Source of the DNA: Bacteroidota bacterium
Lineage (GTDB): Bacteria > Bacteroidota > Rhodothermia > Balneolales > HLUCCA01
Direction: 5' to 3'
Assembly (NCBI GenBank): GCA_020832235.1
Contig: JAFIEZ010000003.1
Span: 256,450 to 320,449 of the forward strand
Length of the DNA stretch: 64,000 bases
Part shown: in pieces, positions 12,015-21,210 of the stretch
Layout of the letters: the number at the start of each line of letters is the position of its first letter
How positions within the stretch are numbered: the first letter of the stretch is position 1
Translations under genes and position numbers: made by a program
Notes under the pieces: generated by a model
Seen by the model: the letters and a program-made list of their open reading frames with translations, nothing else
Databases searched by the model: none
What the model was told of the DNA's origin: nothing

Positions 12015-13544
12015 ATGTTTCAAAAATCTGTACTTAAACCCCTTTTGTTTCTTGCCATCCTTTCAATTTCCTGGTCAGCCTGTACACAATCGGCCGCTTC
12101 CGAGAATGATAAAACCTGGAAGCTCGTAGTATATAATGTTGAAAATCTCTTCGATGCCGATGGTGTCGCTGTCTTCTCCGATTATCAGCCAGCTGTGTAC
12201 ACTCCTGCTCATATTTTCAATAAAATTGATAATATGGCGCGACTTATGGCCAGGTATAATAACGGTCTGGGACCAGACATACTCGTTCTATCGGAGGTAG
12301 AAAGTGATTTCACCAATCCCCGGCCAGGAACTACACGTGATGTAGATGCTTTTCTACAGCGATGGGGCCATACTACATTACAAGATATGCTGCTGGTTCA
12401 CTTCGATGATGAAATAGCCGACCTCCCGTCTGAACTGTTATTAATTAAAGGATTGCACGACCGCGGACTAACTGGCTATGATGTCTCTGTTGCATACGGT
12501 CCGCTTAATGAAGATGGGACACCTACTCACGTTCAAAAAAATGTAACGCTTTCCCGTTTACCAATAATGCATGAGAAAACGCGTGTTCACCCAATCGAGA
12601 CTGCCCGACCCATTCTGGAGACCTGGATTGATGTAGAAGGATACCCTCTAGTCGTATTTGGCAATCATTGGCGTGCTCGAGCATCCGATCCCGATTTTGA
12701 GCTCATCAGAATACAAAATGCAACTGTTTTGAGGCAACGTCTTGACGAGCTGCGAGCCGAAAATCCAAGAGTCGATTTCATACTAGGTGGAGATTTCAAC
12801 AGCGACTACAATCAGTCTTATCGTTATACCTATATGGAAAAAACTGCGGTGAATGACGTTCTTCAATCAACCGGGAACGAGTTGGCTGTAGCTGGAGGAC
12901 ATCCCGAAAAAGTTTACAACCTTTGGCATGAAATCCCGGTCGATGAACGCGGATCCGATACTTTTAGGGGTTATTGGGGTACCCTGATGCAGATAATGAT
13001 AAGTCCCGGGCTTTATGATTTCTACGGAGTTCAATATGTTGATAACTCGTTTGAAGTTGGTCGCTTTATAGGTAAAAACGTGTATCCTACCAGCATGACC
13101 CCCGTCAGGTGGAATGGATTTGGCGAGGGAAGAGGCTATTCTGATCACTTGCCAATCAGTATGCGTTTCAGAGTTGTGAGTGATAAGGATACTTCACGGG
13201 TAAAAGACCTGACGAATCCTGGATTCACAGATAATGCGTATTGGTCGCCTATTCCTGTACAAACCCGAATGCCTGAGGAAGGCGAATATTTCATTGCTTC
13301 TGAAATAGATGGTTCAATCAGAACCACAGACTATTTCGACGAATTGTTTTTGGTTGAAGCGGTGATCGATAACCGTGCTCGAGTCACGGTTAATGGAGAA
13401 CGATACGACCTTTTTGCGCCGGCATTCAATGTTCGTGAGTATTTCGCAGATAAAGCTGGTGAAACCGTTCGGTTCTATGGTCGACTGGGCATGTTCAGAG
13501 GCAACTGGCAGTTTGTTATAGAATCTGAAGACTACATCCTCTAG
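12015..13544 (+). CDS. endonuclease/exonuclease/phosphatase (EEP) family lipoprotein with C-terminal OB-fold-like domain
   Basis: Lipobox LSISWSAC. EEP motifs YNVENLFD, LVLSEVES, GGDFNSDYN and GYSDHLPISMRF. The C-terminus reads ETVRFYGRLGMFRGNWQFVIES. Confidence 0.85.
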   Translation: MFQKSVLKPLLFLAILSISWSACTQSAASENDKTWKLVVYNVENLFDADGVAVFSDYQPAVYTPAHIFNKIDNMARLMARYNNGLGPDILVLSEVESDFTNPRPGTTRDVDAFLQRWGHTTLQDMLLVHFDDEIADLPSELLLIKGLHDRGLTGYDVSVAYGPLNEDGTPTHVQKNVTLSRLPIMHEKTRVHPIETARPILETWIDVEGYPLVVFGNHWRARASDPDFELIRIQNATVLRQRLDELRAENPRVDFILGGDFNSDYNQSYRYTYMEKTAVNDVLQSTGNELAVAGGHPEKVYNLWHEIPVDERGSDTFRGYWGTLMQIMISPGLYDFYGVQYVDNSFEVGRFIGKNVYPTSMTPVRWNGFGEGRGYSDHLPISMRFRVVSDKDTSRVKDLTNPGFTDNAYWSPIPVQTRMPEEGEYFIASEIDGSIRTTDYFDELFLVEAVIDNRARVTVNGERYDLFAPAFNVREYFADKAGETVRFYGRLGMFRGNWQFVIESEDYIL

Positions 13545-14767
13545 ATGTCTTGCTGAATCAGAAGATCTCTGTCGCGAACACCAATCAGATAAAGAATTCC
13601 ATCCAGCCCGAGATTTGAAATAGAATGTCGGGCTGTCTTTTTTACCACTGGCTTGGCATGAAACGCGATTCCTAAACCAGCAATACTGAGCATAGGTAAG
13701 TCATTCGCACCATCACCAACGGCTATCACCTGATCGAGACTTATACGCTCTTTGGCAGCGAGTTCCCGAAGTATTTCGGCTTTGCGCTCAGCATTGACCA
13801 CTTGACCACAAATCTTACCGGTTACTTTGCCCTCAACGACCTCAAGTTGATTGGCAAATACGTAATCGATACCCAGCTTTTGCTGTAAATGTTTACCAAA
13901 GTATTCAAAACCTCCGGAGATAATTGCTGTCTTATAGCCGATTTTCCTCAAGGTTGATATCAGTTTTTCAGCGCCTTGCGTAATGGGTAAATTATCGGCT
14001 ATTTCCTGCAATACAGACTCATCCAGGCCTTTCAATAGTCCCAAACGTTGTCGAAAACTCTCCGTGAAATCGATGTTTCCTTGCATAGCTTGTTCCGTAA
14101 TGGCCGCAACCTTGTCACCAACACCGGCCGCCTTAGCTAACTCATCGATAACCTCTGCCTGGATGAGGGTTGAATCCATGTCGAAAGCTACCATTCTTCT
14201 GTTTCTTCTATACATATTGTCAACTTGAAAGCTGATATCGATGCCGAAATCACGTGATATGTCTAAAAATTTCGCACGCATAGATGCTATATCATCAGGT
14301 TCGCCTCGAACCGTCAGTTCAACGCATGCTCTTAGATTGTCGTGAGGGTTGTGGAGGGATTTTCTGCCCGATAAACGAATGATACTGTCGATATTCAATG
14401 CATTTGCGGTGATAATTTCGCTGATTTCATACATGTGCCGTGCAGTTATCTGTTTGCCTAATATGGTAATGATATAGCGGGGCTTGCCCTGTGCATTTAC
14501 CCAAATTTCATACTCATCTACAGGGATGGGTTTGAATTTAACATTTAACCCAAGTTCGTGTGCTTTAAAGAGTATGTCGCGTAATACAGGAGAACTCTCC
14601 GACTCTTTGGGTATTTCAACCAGTATGCCGAGGGAAAGGGTGTCGTGAATTACTGCCTGACCTACGTCCAGAATGTTGATTTTATAATCAGATAGTACGC
14701 GTGTAAGATTATTGGTTAGGCCGGGTTTATCGGTACCGGACACTGAAATAAGAATAATTTCTTGCAT
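13541..14767 (-). CDS. serB: phosphoserine phosphatase with N-terminal ACT-like domains
   Basis: HAD motifs AFDMDSTLI, IISGGF and VGDGANDLPML. The N-terminus is ACT-like (ILISVSGTDKPGLTNNLTRVL). 408 aa. Confidence 0.9.
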   Translation of the reverse strand: MQEIILISVSGTDKPGLTNNLTRVLSDYKINILDVGQAVIHDTLSLGILVEIPKESESSPVLRDILFKAHELGLNVKFKPIPVDEYEIWVNAQGKPRYIITILGKQITARHMYEISEIITANALNIDSIIRLSGRKSLHNPHDNLRACVELTVRGEPDDIASMRAKFLDISRDFGIDISFQVDNMYRRNRRMVAFDMDSTLIQAEVIDELAKAAGVGDKVAAITEQAMQGNIDFTESFRQRLGLLKGLDESVLQEIADNLPITQGAEKLISTLRKIGYKTAIISGGFEYFGKHLQQKLGIDYVFANQLEVVEGKVTGKICGQVVNAERKAEILRELAAKERISLDQVIAVGDGANDLPMLSIAGLGIAFHAKPVVKKTARHSISNLGLDGILYLIGVRDRDLLIQQDI

Positions 14768-14918
14768 GAATCTTCGTATTTATTGAGTTAGAGAGCAAAG
14801 TTAGTCAAATAAGCGATAATGTGTACCTGCACATGGCATTTTCCACGAAAAAGCTTCAAATAGCGTATATTGTGTATTACAGTATTTAACCAATCCCCAA
14901 CTCCGAATAATATTCAGC

Positions 14919-15566
14919 ATGACTACAGATAATATTCAAGATATTCGTCGCGACTATATGTTAGAGTCGCTTGATGTGAGTGATTTGTTGCCTGATGCCA
15001 TCGAAATGTTTAATAAATGGTTCTCTGAGGCTATGAAATCGCAGGTTGCCGATGTAACGGCGATGTCGTTAGCTACCGTTGATGTAAATCTGCAGCCAAC
15101 CTCCCGAATTGTATTGCTCAAGGGGGTCGAAAAAGGCAAATTCATTTTCTACACCAACTACGAAAGTGCCAAAGGTAAGGAGATCGCGCAGAATAATAGA
15201 GTTGGCTTGTGTTTCTACTGGCCAGAGCTGGAGCGCCAAATTCGCATAGAGGGCAAAGCCGTCAAACTCGATAAGGAAGCCAACGAATCTTATTTTAACA
15301 GCAGACCTTATGAAAGCAGACTGGGAGCGTGGGCTTCTCACCAAAGTTCTCCTGTACAAAGCCGTGAACAACTGGAAGCGCAATATTCCGATATGAAAGA
15401 GGAGTATCCGGATGAAAACAATGTGCCATTGCCTCCTTACTGGGGCGGTTATGCCGTTAAAGCTCATAGAATTGAGTTTTGGCAGGGTAGGGCTAGCCGG
15501 CTTCACGACCGCTTTCAGTACGAATGGGTTGAGGGCAGCTGGAAGATTACCCGCCTTTCACCATAA
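14919..15566 (+). CDS. pdxH: pyridoxamine 5'-phosphate oxidase
   Basis: SRIVLLKG, FYTNYESAKGKE, ERQIRIEG, YFNSRPYESRLGAWASHQS and WGGY..IEFWQGRASRLHDR. Confidence 0.95.
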   Translation: MTTDNIQDIRRDYMLESLDVSDLLPDAIEMFNKWFSEAMKSQVADVTAMSLATVDVNLQPTSRIVLLKGVEKGKFIFYTNYESAKGKEIAQNNRVGLCFYWPELERQIRIEGKAVKLDKEANESYFNSRPYESRLGAWASHQSSPVQSREQLEAQYSDMKEEYPDENNVPLPPYWGGYAVKAHRIEFWQGRASRLHDRFQYEWVEGSWKITRLSP

Positions 15567-15593
15567 ACCGTTCAACAAAACTGGGCTTTGTGG

Positions 15594-15625
15594 ATAAGCC
15601 GGCAGTGTCGGCTTTATTATCTATT
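15594..15625 (+). terminator. possible rho-independent terminator after pdxH
   Basis: AAGCCG (15596-15601) pairs with CGGCTT (15609-15614) and is followed by TTATTATCTATTTATC. The stem is short. Confidence 0.4.
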
Positions 15626-15641
15626 TATCTGAATCAACATC

Positions 15642-16304
15642 GTGGCAAAACGAAAACTACAGCGCTATAGTGAGCTGGCCGATCTTGAAAATGTAATTGA
15701 GCTGGAAGATTATAGCCCAACTACTATATCTCCGCTTAAAGGGCGTTGGTGCGAACGAATTTTTGGCAACGAAAATCCTCTGGTGCTTGAACTTGCCTGT
15801 GGGAAAGGTGATTATACACTGAGTCTGGCAAAACGATATCCGAATAAAAACTTTATCGGAATCGACATCAAAGGAGATCGAATATGGCGAGGTGCGGTAG
15901 CCGCACATCATGATCAACTAGATAACGTGCGATTTTTAAGGATATATATTGATTATGTAACCAACTATTTCGCGGCAGATGAAGTAGATGAAATATGGAT
16001 TACCTTTCCCGATCCGTACCTCGGTACCAAAAAAATCAACAAACGACTCACCTCTCCTTTTTTTCTTAAAAAATATCGTGAAGTGTTAAAGAGAGGAGCT
16101 TTTGTTCACCTCAAAACAGATTCTCCTGAGTTATTTGAGTATACCACGGAGGTTATCGAGCAAGAGCAACTAGAAGTTGATTTCTTGGTTGAGGATGTAC
16201 ATAACCACTATCACGAACAACCCGATTTGGATATCCTCACGTATTACGAACGAATGCACCTCGCCGACAATCGGGTGATTCGTTATGTGCGTTTCAGACC
16301 ATAA
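15642..16304 (+). CDS. trmB: tRNA (guanine-N7)-methyltransferase
   Basis: LELACGKGDYTLSLAKRYPNKNFIGIDIKG and DEIWITFPDPY. GTG start. Confidence 0.9.
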   Translation: MAKRKLQRYSELADLENVIELEDYSPTTISPLKGRWCERIFGNENPLVLELACGKGDYTLSLAKRYPNKNFIGIDIKGDRIWRGAVAAHHDQLDNVRFLRIYIDYVTNYFAADEVDEIWITFPDPYLGTKKINKRLTSPFFLKKYREVLKRGAFVHLKTDSPELFEYTTEVIEQEQLEVDFLVEDVHNHYHEQPDLDILTYYERMHLADNRVIRYVRFRP

Positions 16305-16377
16305 AGTAACATATAGCACTGACAGTATCTGGGTATCTTCCAAACAGTTGTCCTATGTATGGCATAAATGGGTGCAA

Positions 16378-18384
16378 CTAGAACGTTACGGCAACACCAA
16401 AACTCAGTGATCTTGGCAGAGAAGGCTCAAAATAACGTCCTCCAAAGGCATTAATTACCACCGAGCTGTTATACCGCTCGTCCAGTACATTTGAAATTTG
16501 GACAAACGGTTGAATTTCAGTGCCGTATGATGCAATCCGGTATCGATAAGAATTCCTGATGTCCAGGGTTGTCCAGGAGTCATTCTCAACTGTATTAGCG
16601 TTATTCGTGTACATCATACCCTGATTCCGAACAAGCCCGCTTATTTCAATGCTGTCGTTCTCATAACCTATGCGAGTGTTCATGATACGTGATGGGATTC
16701 CGGGAATTTTGTTACCCTGCAGACCGCCTTCATTTGAACGTATGGTTACGTCTTGCAAGCTGATGGATGCTCGTGCAAAGAACCCCATCTCGTTACGCCA
16801 AGAAAGGGCTGATTCGATGCCTCGATGTCGCGCTCTGCCTGCGTTAACGAAGAAATTACGATCACCTCCCAAATCCGTCTGAAATGCCAGCAAACGGCTT
16901 CTGACGTTGATATGATATGCTGCTAACTCATAACGAAGTCTTAAAGAGGGCAGGAAACCCCGCACACCAAGTTCGTATCCGGTAGATTCCTCAGGTTCAA
17001 GAAATGGATTAAGACCCGGTTCCTCAGTCGGACTCACTGCAAGTTCCGTGAGGGTAGGGGTTTCAAAAGATGTGTTTATACTTCCAAAAAATGTAGCGGT
17101 GAACTTGGTTTCGTATGTAAAACCAAGCTGAGGACTAAAGGCCGAAAGACTCCTGGTGCTGCTCGGGTCAGAAGAGAATCGATTGTTGGCACGAAATTCA
17201 ATCCAATCTTGACGTAATCCTCCGTTGATAGAAAGGGCACCGAAATCGGCCTGTATGATACCCGCTAACCCGATAGTTTGAGCGTTTTCGAATTGTCTGA
17301 CAGTTTGATTACCCTTAGAACCTTCCTGATTAGACCAGTTTTGGCGAATATCATGTTGTCTGGACCAATCGGAGGCTACTAAAACACTGAATTGACCAAG
17401 TGTTCGTTCATAGTTGATTCGGGCACCTCCCGAAAGCCTGTTGATTTCAATAATCACGGGTTGAATGGGGTTACTCAAATCACGTATAGTACCGTGTAAG
17501 ACGGCTTCAAAACGATCATTATCACGCTCCTGCACAAACTGGATTCCCTGCATAATGTGCGTATATGCTTTGCCCGCGTCTTGACTTACGGATCTGGGAT
17601 TTGCCAATGTGCGATTTGTGCTCAGCTCGCCTGCTGTTAGTGAACCTGGATTTTGTGACTCAGGTGCCACGGCGGCAAAGCCGGTGTACCGCAGGTATCG
17701 GCTGGATCCTAAATGCTGCTGAGCAGTCAGTGAAAAACGGTTTAAAGTGGCGCTGCTATGCTCACGATATCCTGAGGTTGTAAATCGCGAAACATCCGCC
17801 TGAATCCGTGTATTCTGCAAAGAAGTTGCCACTGATACGTCTTGTCCGTTGGTTCCAAAACTACCTCCATATGCTCTCAAAGAGACACCATCTGTCTGGC
17901 TCATTGTATTCATGTATAGTGTGCCACCACTGCCATTTCCCCAATAAATGGCGTTTGGACCACGAATAAATTCTGCCTGACGAATAAGATTTGGGTCTAC
18001 AACTTCCAAAATAGTTTGACCGTCAGGTGAGGTGAGGGGTATTCCGTTGAGTAAGACTTGTATGCCTCGTACCCCAAAAGAAGCTCTCCAGCCCATGCCC
18101 CTGATGCTGAGTCGTTCACCTAGGCTGAAATTATCTCTGTTTCCGAAATAAATCCCGGGGATGCCTTCAAATGTTGATGCAAAGGAGGGTTGTGGTGAGC
18201 CTAATCGCTGCGATTCCGTTCGCTGCCATGAGCTTACAGAGAAGGGGATATCGTTAAGAGGAGTCTGACCTCGGCTTGCTTCTATGCGTATCTCGTTAAG
18301 GTCTGCACGAAGGGTATCAGGACTCTGGGCCCAGGCTGTACCGGTAAGTACAGCGAAAATGTAAAGTAATATATATTTTTTCAT
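16378..18384 (-). CDS. TonB-dependent receptor (about 668 aa)
   Basis: Signal peptide MKKYILLYIFAVLTGTAWAQ, plug motifs (IRGMGWRASFGVRGIQVLLNGIPLT) and a barrel ending SLSFGVAVTF. The ORF-track start at 18390 is TTG; ATG at 18384 is preferred. Confidence 0.9.
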   Translation of the reverse strand: MKKYILLYIFAVLTGTAWAQSPDTLRADLNEIRIEASRGQTPLNDIPFSVSSWQRTESQRLGSPQPSFASTFEGIPGIYFGNRDNFSLGERLSIRGMGWRASFGVRGIQVLLNGIPLTSPDGQTILEVVDPNLIRQAEFIRGPNAIYWGNGSGGTLYMNTMSQTDGVSLRAYGGSFGTNGQDVSVATSLQNTRIQADVSRFTTSGYREHSSATLNRFSLTAQQHLGSSRYLRYTGFAAVAPESQNPGSLTAGELSTNRTLANPRSVSQDAGKAYTHIMQGIQFVQERDNDRFEAVLHGTIRDLSNPIQPVIIEINRLSGGARINYERTLGQFSVLVASDWSRQHDIRQNWSNQEGSKGNQTVRQFENAQTIGLAGIIQADFGALSINGGLRQDWIEFRANNRFSSDPSSTRSLSAFSPQLGFTYETKFTATFFGSINTSFETPTLTELAVSPTEEPGLNPFLEPEESTGYELGVRGFLPSLRLRYELAAYHINVRSRLLAFQTDLGGDRNFFVNAGRARHRGIESALSWRNEMGFFARASISLQDVTIRSNEGGLQGNKIPGIPSRIMNTRIGYENDSIEISGLVRNQGMMYTNNANTVENDSWTTLDIRNSYRYRIASYGTEIQPFVQISNVLDERYNSSVVINAFGGRYFEPSLPRSLSFGVAVTF

Positions 18385-18444
18385 ACCCAATCAAACCAAG
18401 CTGAAAGGTTGTGAAGTTCCTGAAAGCGTGATGTTTACAAGCTA

Positions 18445-19257
18445 TTACCAACCTCCGGATGCCCCACCGCCACCAGAACCAAATCCGCCTCCGCCCCCGA
18501 AACCACCGAATCCGCCTCCGCCGCCAAACCCGCCACGGGATCCACCTCCAAACCCACCGCCATAGCCGTAACCTCGGCGTCCGTAACCACCGCCTAGTAC
18601 AACAACACCGCCCGAGCCAATGCGATGTCCCCGCATACCGCTCGCACCTCCCAATTTACTGATGAGGAAGAAAACGGAAATTAATAATACGAATAATATG
18701 AGGAGGGCAAACGGATTCACCTGTTCCGATTGAACGGCGCGATCAACAGCGTCGAATTCTCCGGCTGCCAGCTGCATCATAATTTCGCTGGCCCGATCGA
18801 AGGCTCCGTAAAAGTCGCCTTGCTGAAAACCGGGTGTGAGCACTTCTCGAAGAATTCTTCCTGCAAGAATATCAGGAACAGCACCTTCTAGTCCATACCC
18901 TACTTCAATTCGCAATGCGCGCTCCTGCCTCGATGCTAAAATGAGAATACCGTTCTGCCGTTCACCTTCCCACATTCTCCAGGTGTTGAACATACGCTCT
19001 GCAGTCTCCTCGATGGCGTTTCCGTCCAGACTTGGCAGGGTTGCAATAACAATTACATTGCTGGTTGTGTCGCGGTAGGTGCGCAGTTTCATTTCCAGCG
19101 AACGAACCTGCTGAGCGGTCAAAAACCCGCCGAAGTCATTCACGTGCCCAGTGGGCCTGTCGGGGAAGGACTGTCCGTGCAATCCTGAAAGAGTAGTCAA
19201 TACAATAATTAAGCTCAAAAATACCGATCTAACTGCCGCTGCCATAGGTAACCTCAT
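18445..19257 (-). CDS. TPM-domain protein (YgcG-like) with TM segment and Gly-rich C-terminal tail
   Basis: HVNDFGGFLTAQQVRSLEMKL...NGILILASRQERALRIEVGYGLEGAVPD, then a TM helix, then GGGYGRRGYGYGGGFGGG.... The start is ambiguous: ATGs at 19269, 19257 and 19245 all overlap the upstream gene's end at 19229. Confidence 0.8.
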   Translation of the reverse strand: MRLPMAAAVRSVFLSLIIVLTTLSGLHGQSFPDRPTGHVNDFGGFLTAQQVRSLEMKLRTYRDTTSNVIVIATLPSLDGNAIEETAERMFNTWRMWEGERQNGILILASRQERALRIEVGYGLEGAVPDILAGRILREVLTPGFQQGDFYGAFDRASEIMMQLAAGEFDAVDRAVQSEQVNPFALLILFVLLISVFFLISKLGGASGMRGHRIGSGGVVVLGGGYGRRGYGYGGGFGGGSRGGFGGGGGFGGFGGGGGFGSGGGGASGGW

Positions 19258-19675
19258 TATCGAGTTCATTGGTGTCGCCTTTTTGATCGAAGGGGAAGTT
19301 AGTGCGTAATTTCTCCCCAATTTGTGCAATGACCTCCGTCAATCCCCGCTGATACTCACCTTTCTTGAAATACGAAACCATCAGATCGATTTCCTGTTGC
19401 CAGAAGGTGTCGCCAACACAACTGTGAATACCTTCATCACCGAACACAGCCAATTTATGATCATCGGTGGCAACGTAAATCAGCACACCGTTTCTAAATT
19501 GTGTTTTGTGCATGTTCATTTCACCGAACAGGGTTTTAGCACGCTCCAGGGCATCACCGGAGCATTTCAGGTCGATGTGAACCTTGATTTCTCCACTGGT
19601 CTGTCGCTCGGCCTCAGCTATAGCTGAGGCAATGGCCTCTTCTTGTTCGTTGGTTAAAAACGTTTCTATATCCAT
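19229..19675 (-). CDS. TPM-domain protein (cytoplasmic-type, 148 aa)
   Basis: EEAIASAIAEAERQTSGEIKVHI...NGVLIYVATDDHKLAVFGDEGI. Confidence 0.8.
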   Translation of the reverse strand: MDIETFLTNEQEEAIASAIAEAERQTSGEIKVHIDLKCSGDALERAKTLFGEMNMHKTQFRNGVLIYVATDDHKLAVFGDEGIHSCVGDTFWQQEIDLMVSYFKKGEYQRGLTEVIAQIGEKLRTNFPFDQKGDTNELDNEVTYGSGS

Positions 19676-19687
19676 TGGCGTATCAGG

Positions 19688-20272
19688 TTAAAATTCAACT
19701 GTTGGTGCTCTTTCTGCGCCCGCAGTAGCCTCGAAATATGCCACCTGCTGAAACCCTAGCATACCAGCCAGCAGACTTCCAGGAAACAGACGGATTGCTG
19801 TATTGTACTCGCGAACAGCCGTATTAAAACGATTTCGCTCGGTTGATATGCGATTTTCCGTTCCTTCAAGTTGGGTTTGCAGGTCGCGGAAATTCTGATT
19901 CGCTCTTAATTCGGGGTAGCGCTCCACGGTAACGAGCAGACGAGACAAAGCCCCACTAAGTTGATTCTGAGCTGCCTGAAAGTTCTCCATAGCCTGTGGA
20001 TCGTTCAGCGCATCGGCGCTCAACTGCATGGATGTAGCCCGTGCACGTGCATCTACCACCGCCTCCAGGGTTTCTCGTTCAAAATCAGCGGCCCCGCGAA
20101 CGGTTGCCACAAGATTGGGGATAAGGTCGGCACGGCGTTCATACTGAGACTGAACAAACCCCCATGCCTCCTGAACCCGTTCTTCCTTTTGTACCAGTCC
20201 GCGCTGCACGGAGATAGCCCAGAGTACAAGCACCGCAGCAATGCCAATTCCAATCCAATGTTTTGTGGTCAT
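19688..20272 (-). CDS. lemA: LemA family protein
   Basis: N-terminal TM helix, then QYERRADLIPNLVATV, ERYPELRANQNFRDLQ and RNRFNTAVREYNTAIRLFP. Confidence 0.9.
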   Translation of the reverse strand: MTTKHWIGIGIAAVLVLWAISVQRGLVQKEERVQEAWGFVQSQYERRADLIPNLVATVRGAADFERETLEAVVDARARATSMQLSADALNDPQAMENFQAAQNQLSGALSRLLVTVERYPELRANQNFRDLQTQLEGTENRISTERNRFNTAVREYNTAIRLFPGSLLAGMLGFQQVAYFEATAGAERAPTVEF

Positions 20273-20434
20273 AGTCTTTAAATCAATTTAGATGGTGAGT
20301 TTTGTAACATTCTACATTAACGATGATGAGCTTCCTAAAGTACGAAAACGCAGAGAATTAACGCATCTGTCTGTTATGCTTTTTGGCTAAAGCTATCTTG
20401 CGTATCTTCGCACTTTAACACAAAAACACATTTT

Positions 20435-21148
20435 ATGAGCCCTCGCAGTACCATCGAATTTATATTCTTCGACATCGACGATACCATTCTTGACCATAAA
20501 GCCGCAGAACGTGCCGCTCTTCGTGATACGCAATCTCAACTGAAATGTTTTACAGAAGTTGGTATAAGCGAATTACAGGATGTGTACCATCGTATCAATG
20601 CCGGACTATGGAAAGAGTATGGCGCCGGCAGAATTGACCGTGCTTTTCTGGAAGAATCGCGCTTTTCGTGGACACTCAGAGACCTGGGTATAGATCAAAT
20701 CCACAGTCCAACATTTCGCCAGACCTATATGCAGCTTTATGAGCATCATTGGCAGTGGGTGCCGGGTGCCCGCGAGGCCCTCTCCGAAATCCACAAACAT
20801 TTTCCCATCGGTTTTCTTACCAACGGTTTTACCGAAATTCAGCAAAAAAAAGGGGAGCGATTCGATCTCTACGCGCTGACCGATGCCTATATTATTTCCG
20901 AGGAAGTAGGTTTTATGAAACCCATGCCCGGAATTTTCGAGTTCGCTACTCGTCAAGTAGGTTTTGCACCCGAGCAAATTTTATACGTAGGCGACAGCTT
21001 TATATCTGATATACAGGGAGGAGCTTCGTTCGGATGGGAAACGGCTTGGTTTACCCGAGAAAACGACGCTGCGAAGCTTAAAAAAGCATCATTTTATTTC
21101 AACGACTACAAAAGCCTGCTCAATTACCTGAATATACAAGGATATTAA
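20435..21148 (+). CDS. HAD-family hydrolase (subfamily IA, YjjG-like)
   Basis: [12 protein letters not shown] (DxDxT), LTNG and [13 protein letters not shown]. Confidence 0.85.
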   Translation: MSPRSTIEFIFFDIDDTILDHKAAERAALRDTQSQLKCFTEVGISELQDVYHRINAGLWKEYGAGRIDRAFLEESRFSWTLRDLGIDQIHSPTFRQTYMQLYEHHWQWVPGAREALSEIHKHFPIGFLTNGFTEIQQKKGERFDLYALTDAYIISEEVGFMKPMPGIFEFATRQVGFAPEQILYVGDSFISDIQGGASFGWETAWFTRENDAAKLKKASFYFNDYKSLLNYLNIQGY

Positions 21149-21210
21149 CTCGGGAAGTTCGTAACTTCGGCGCGGTAACAGAAAACGAAAGCCAATCCAA
21201 TTTCCCACCC

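Noticed and set aside
18450-18610. Repetitive CCGCC/ACCACC-rich DNA that looks like a tandem repeat
   Set aside because: It is the reverse complement of the Gly-rich C-terminal tail (GGFGGGG...) of the TPM-domain protein. It is coding low complexity, not a CRISPR or satellite repeat.
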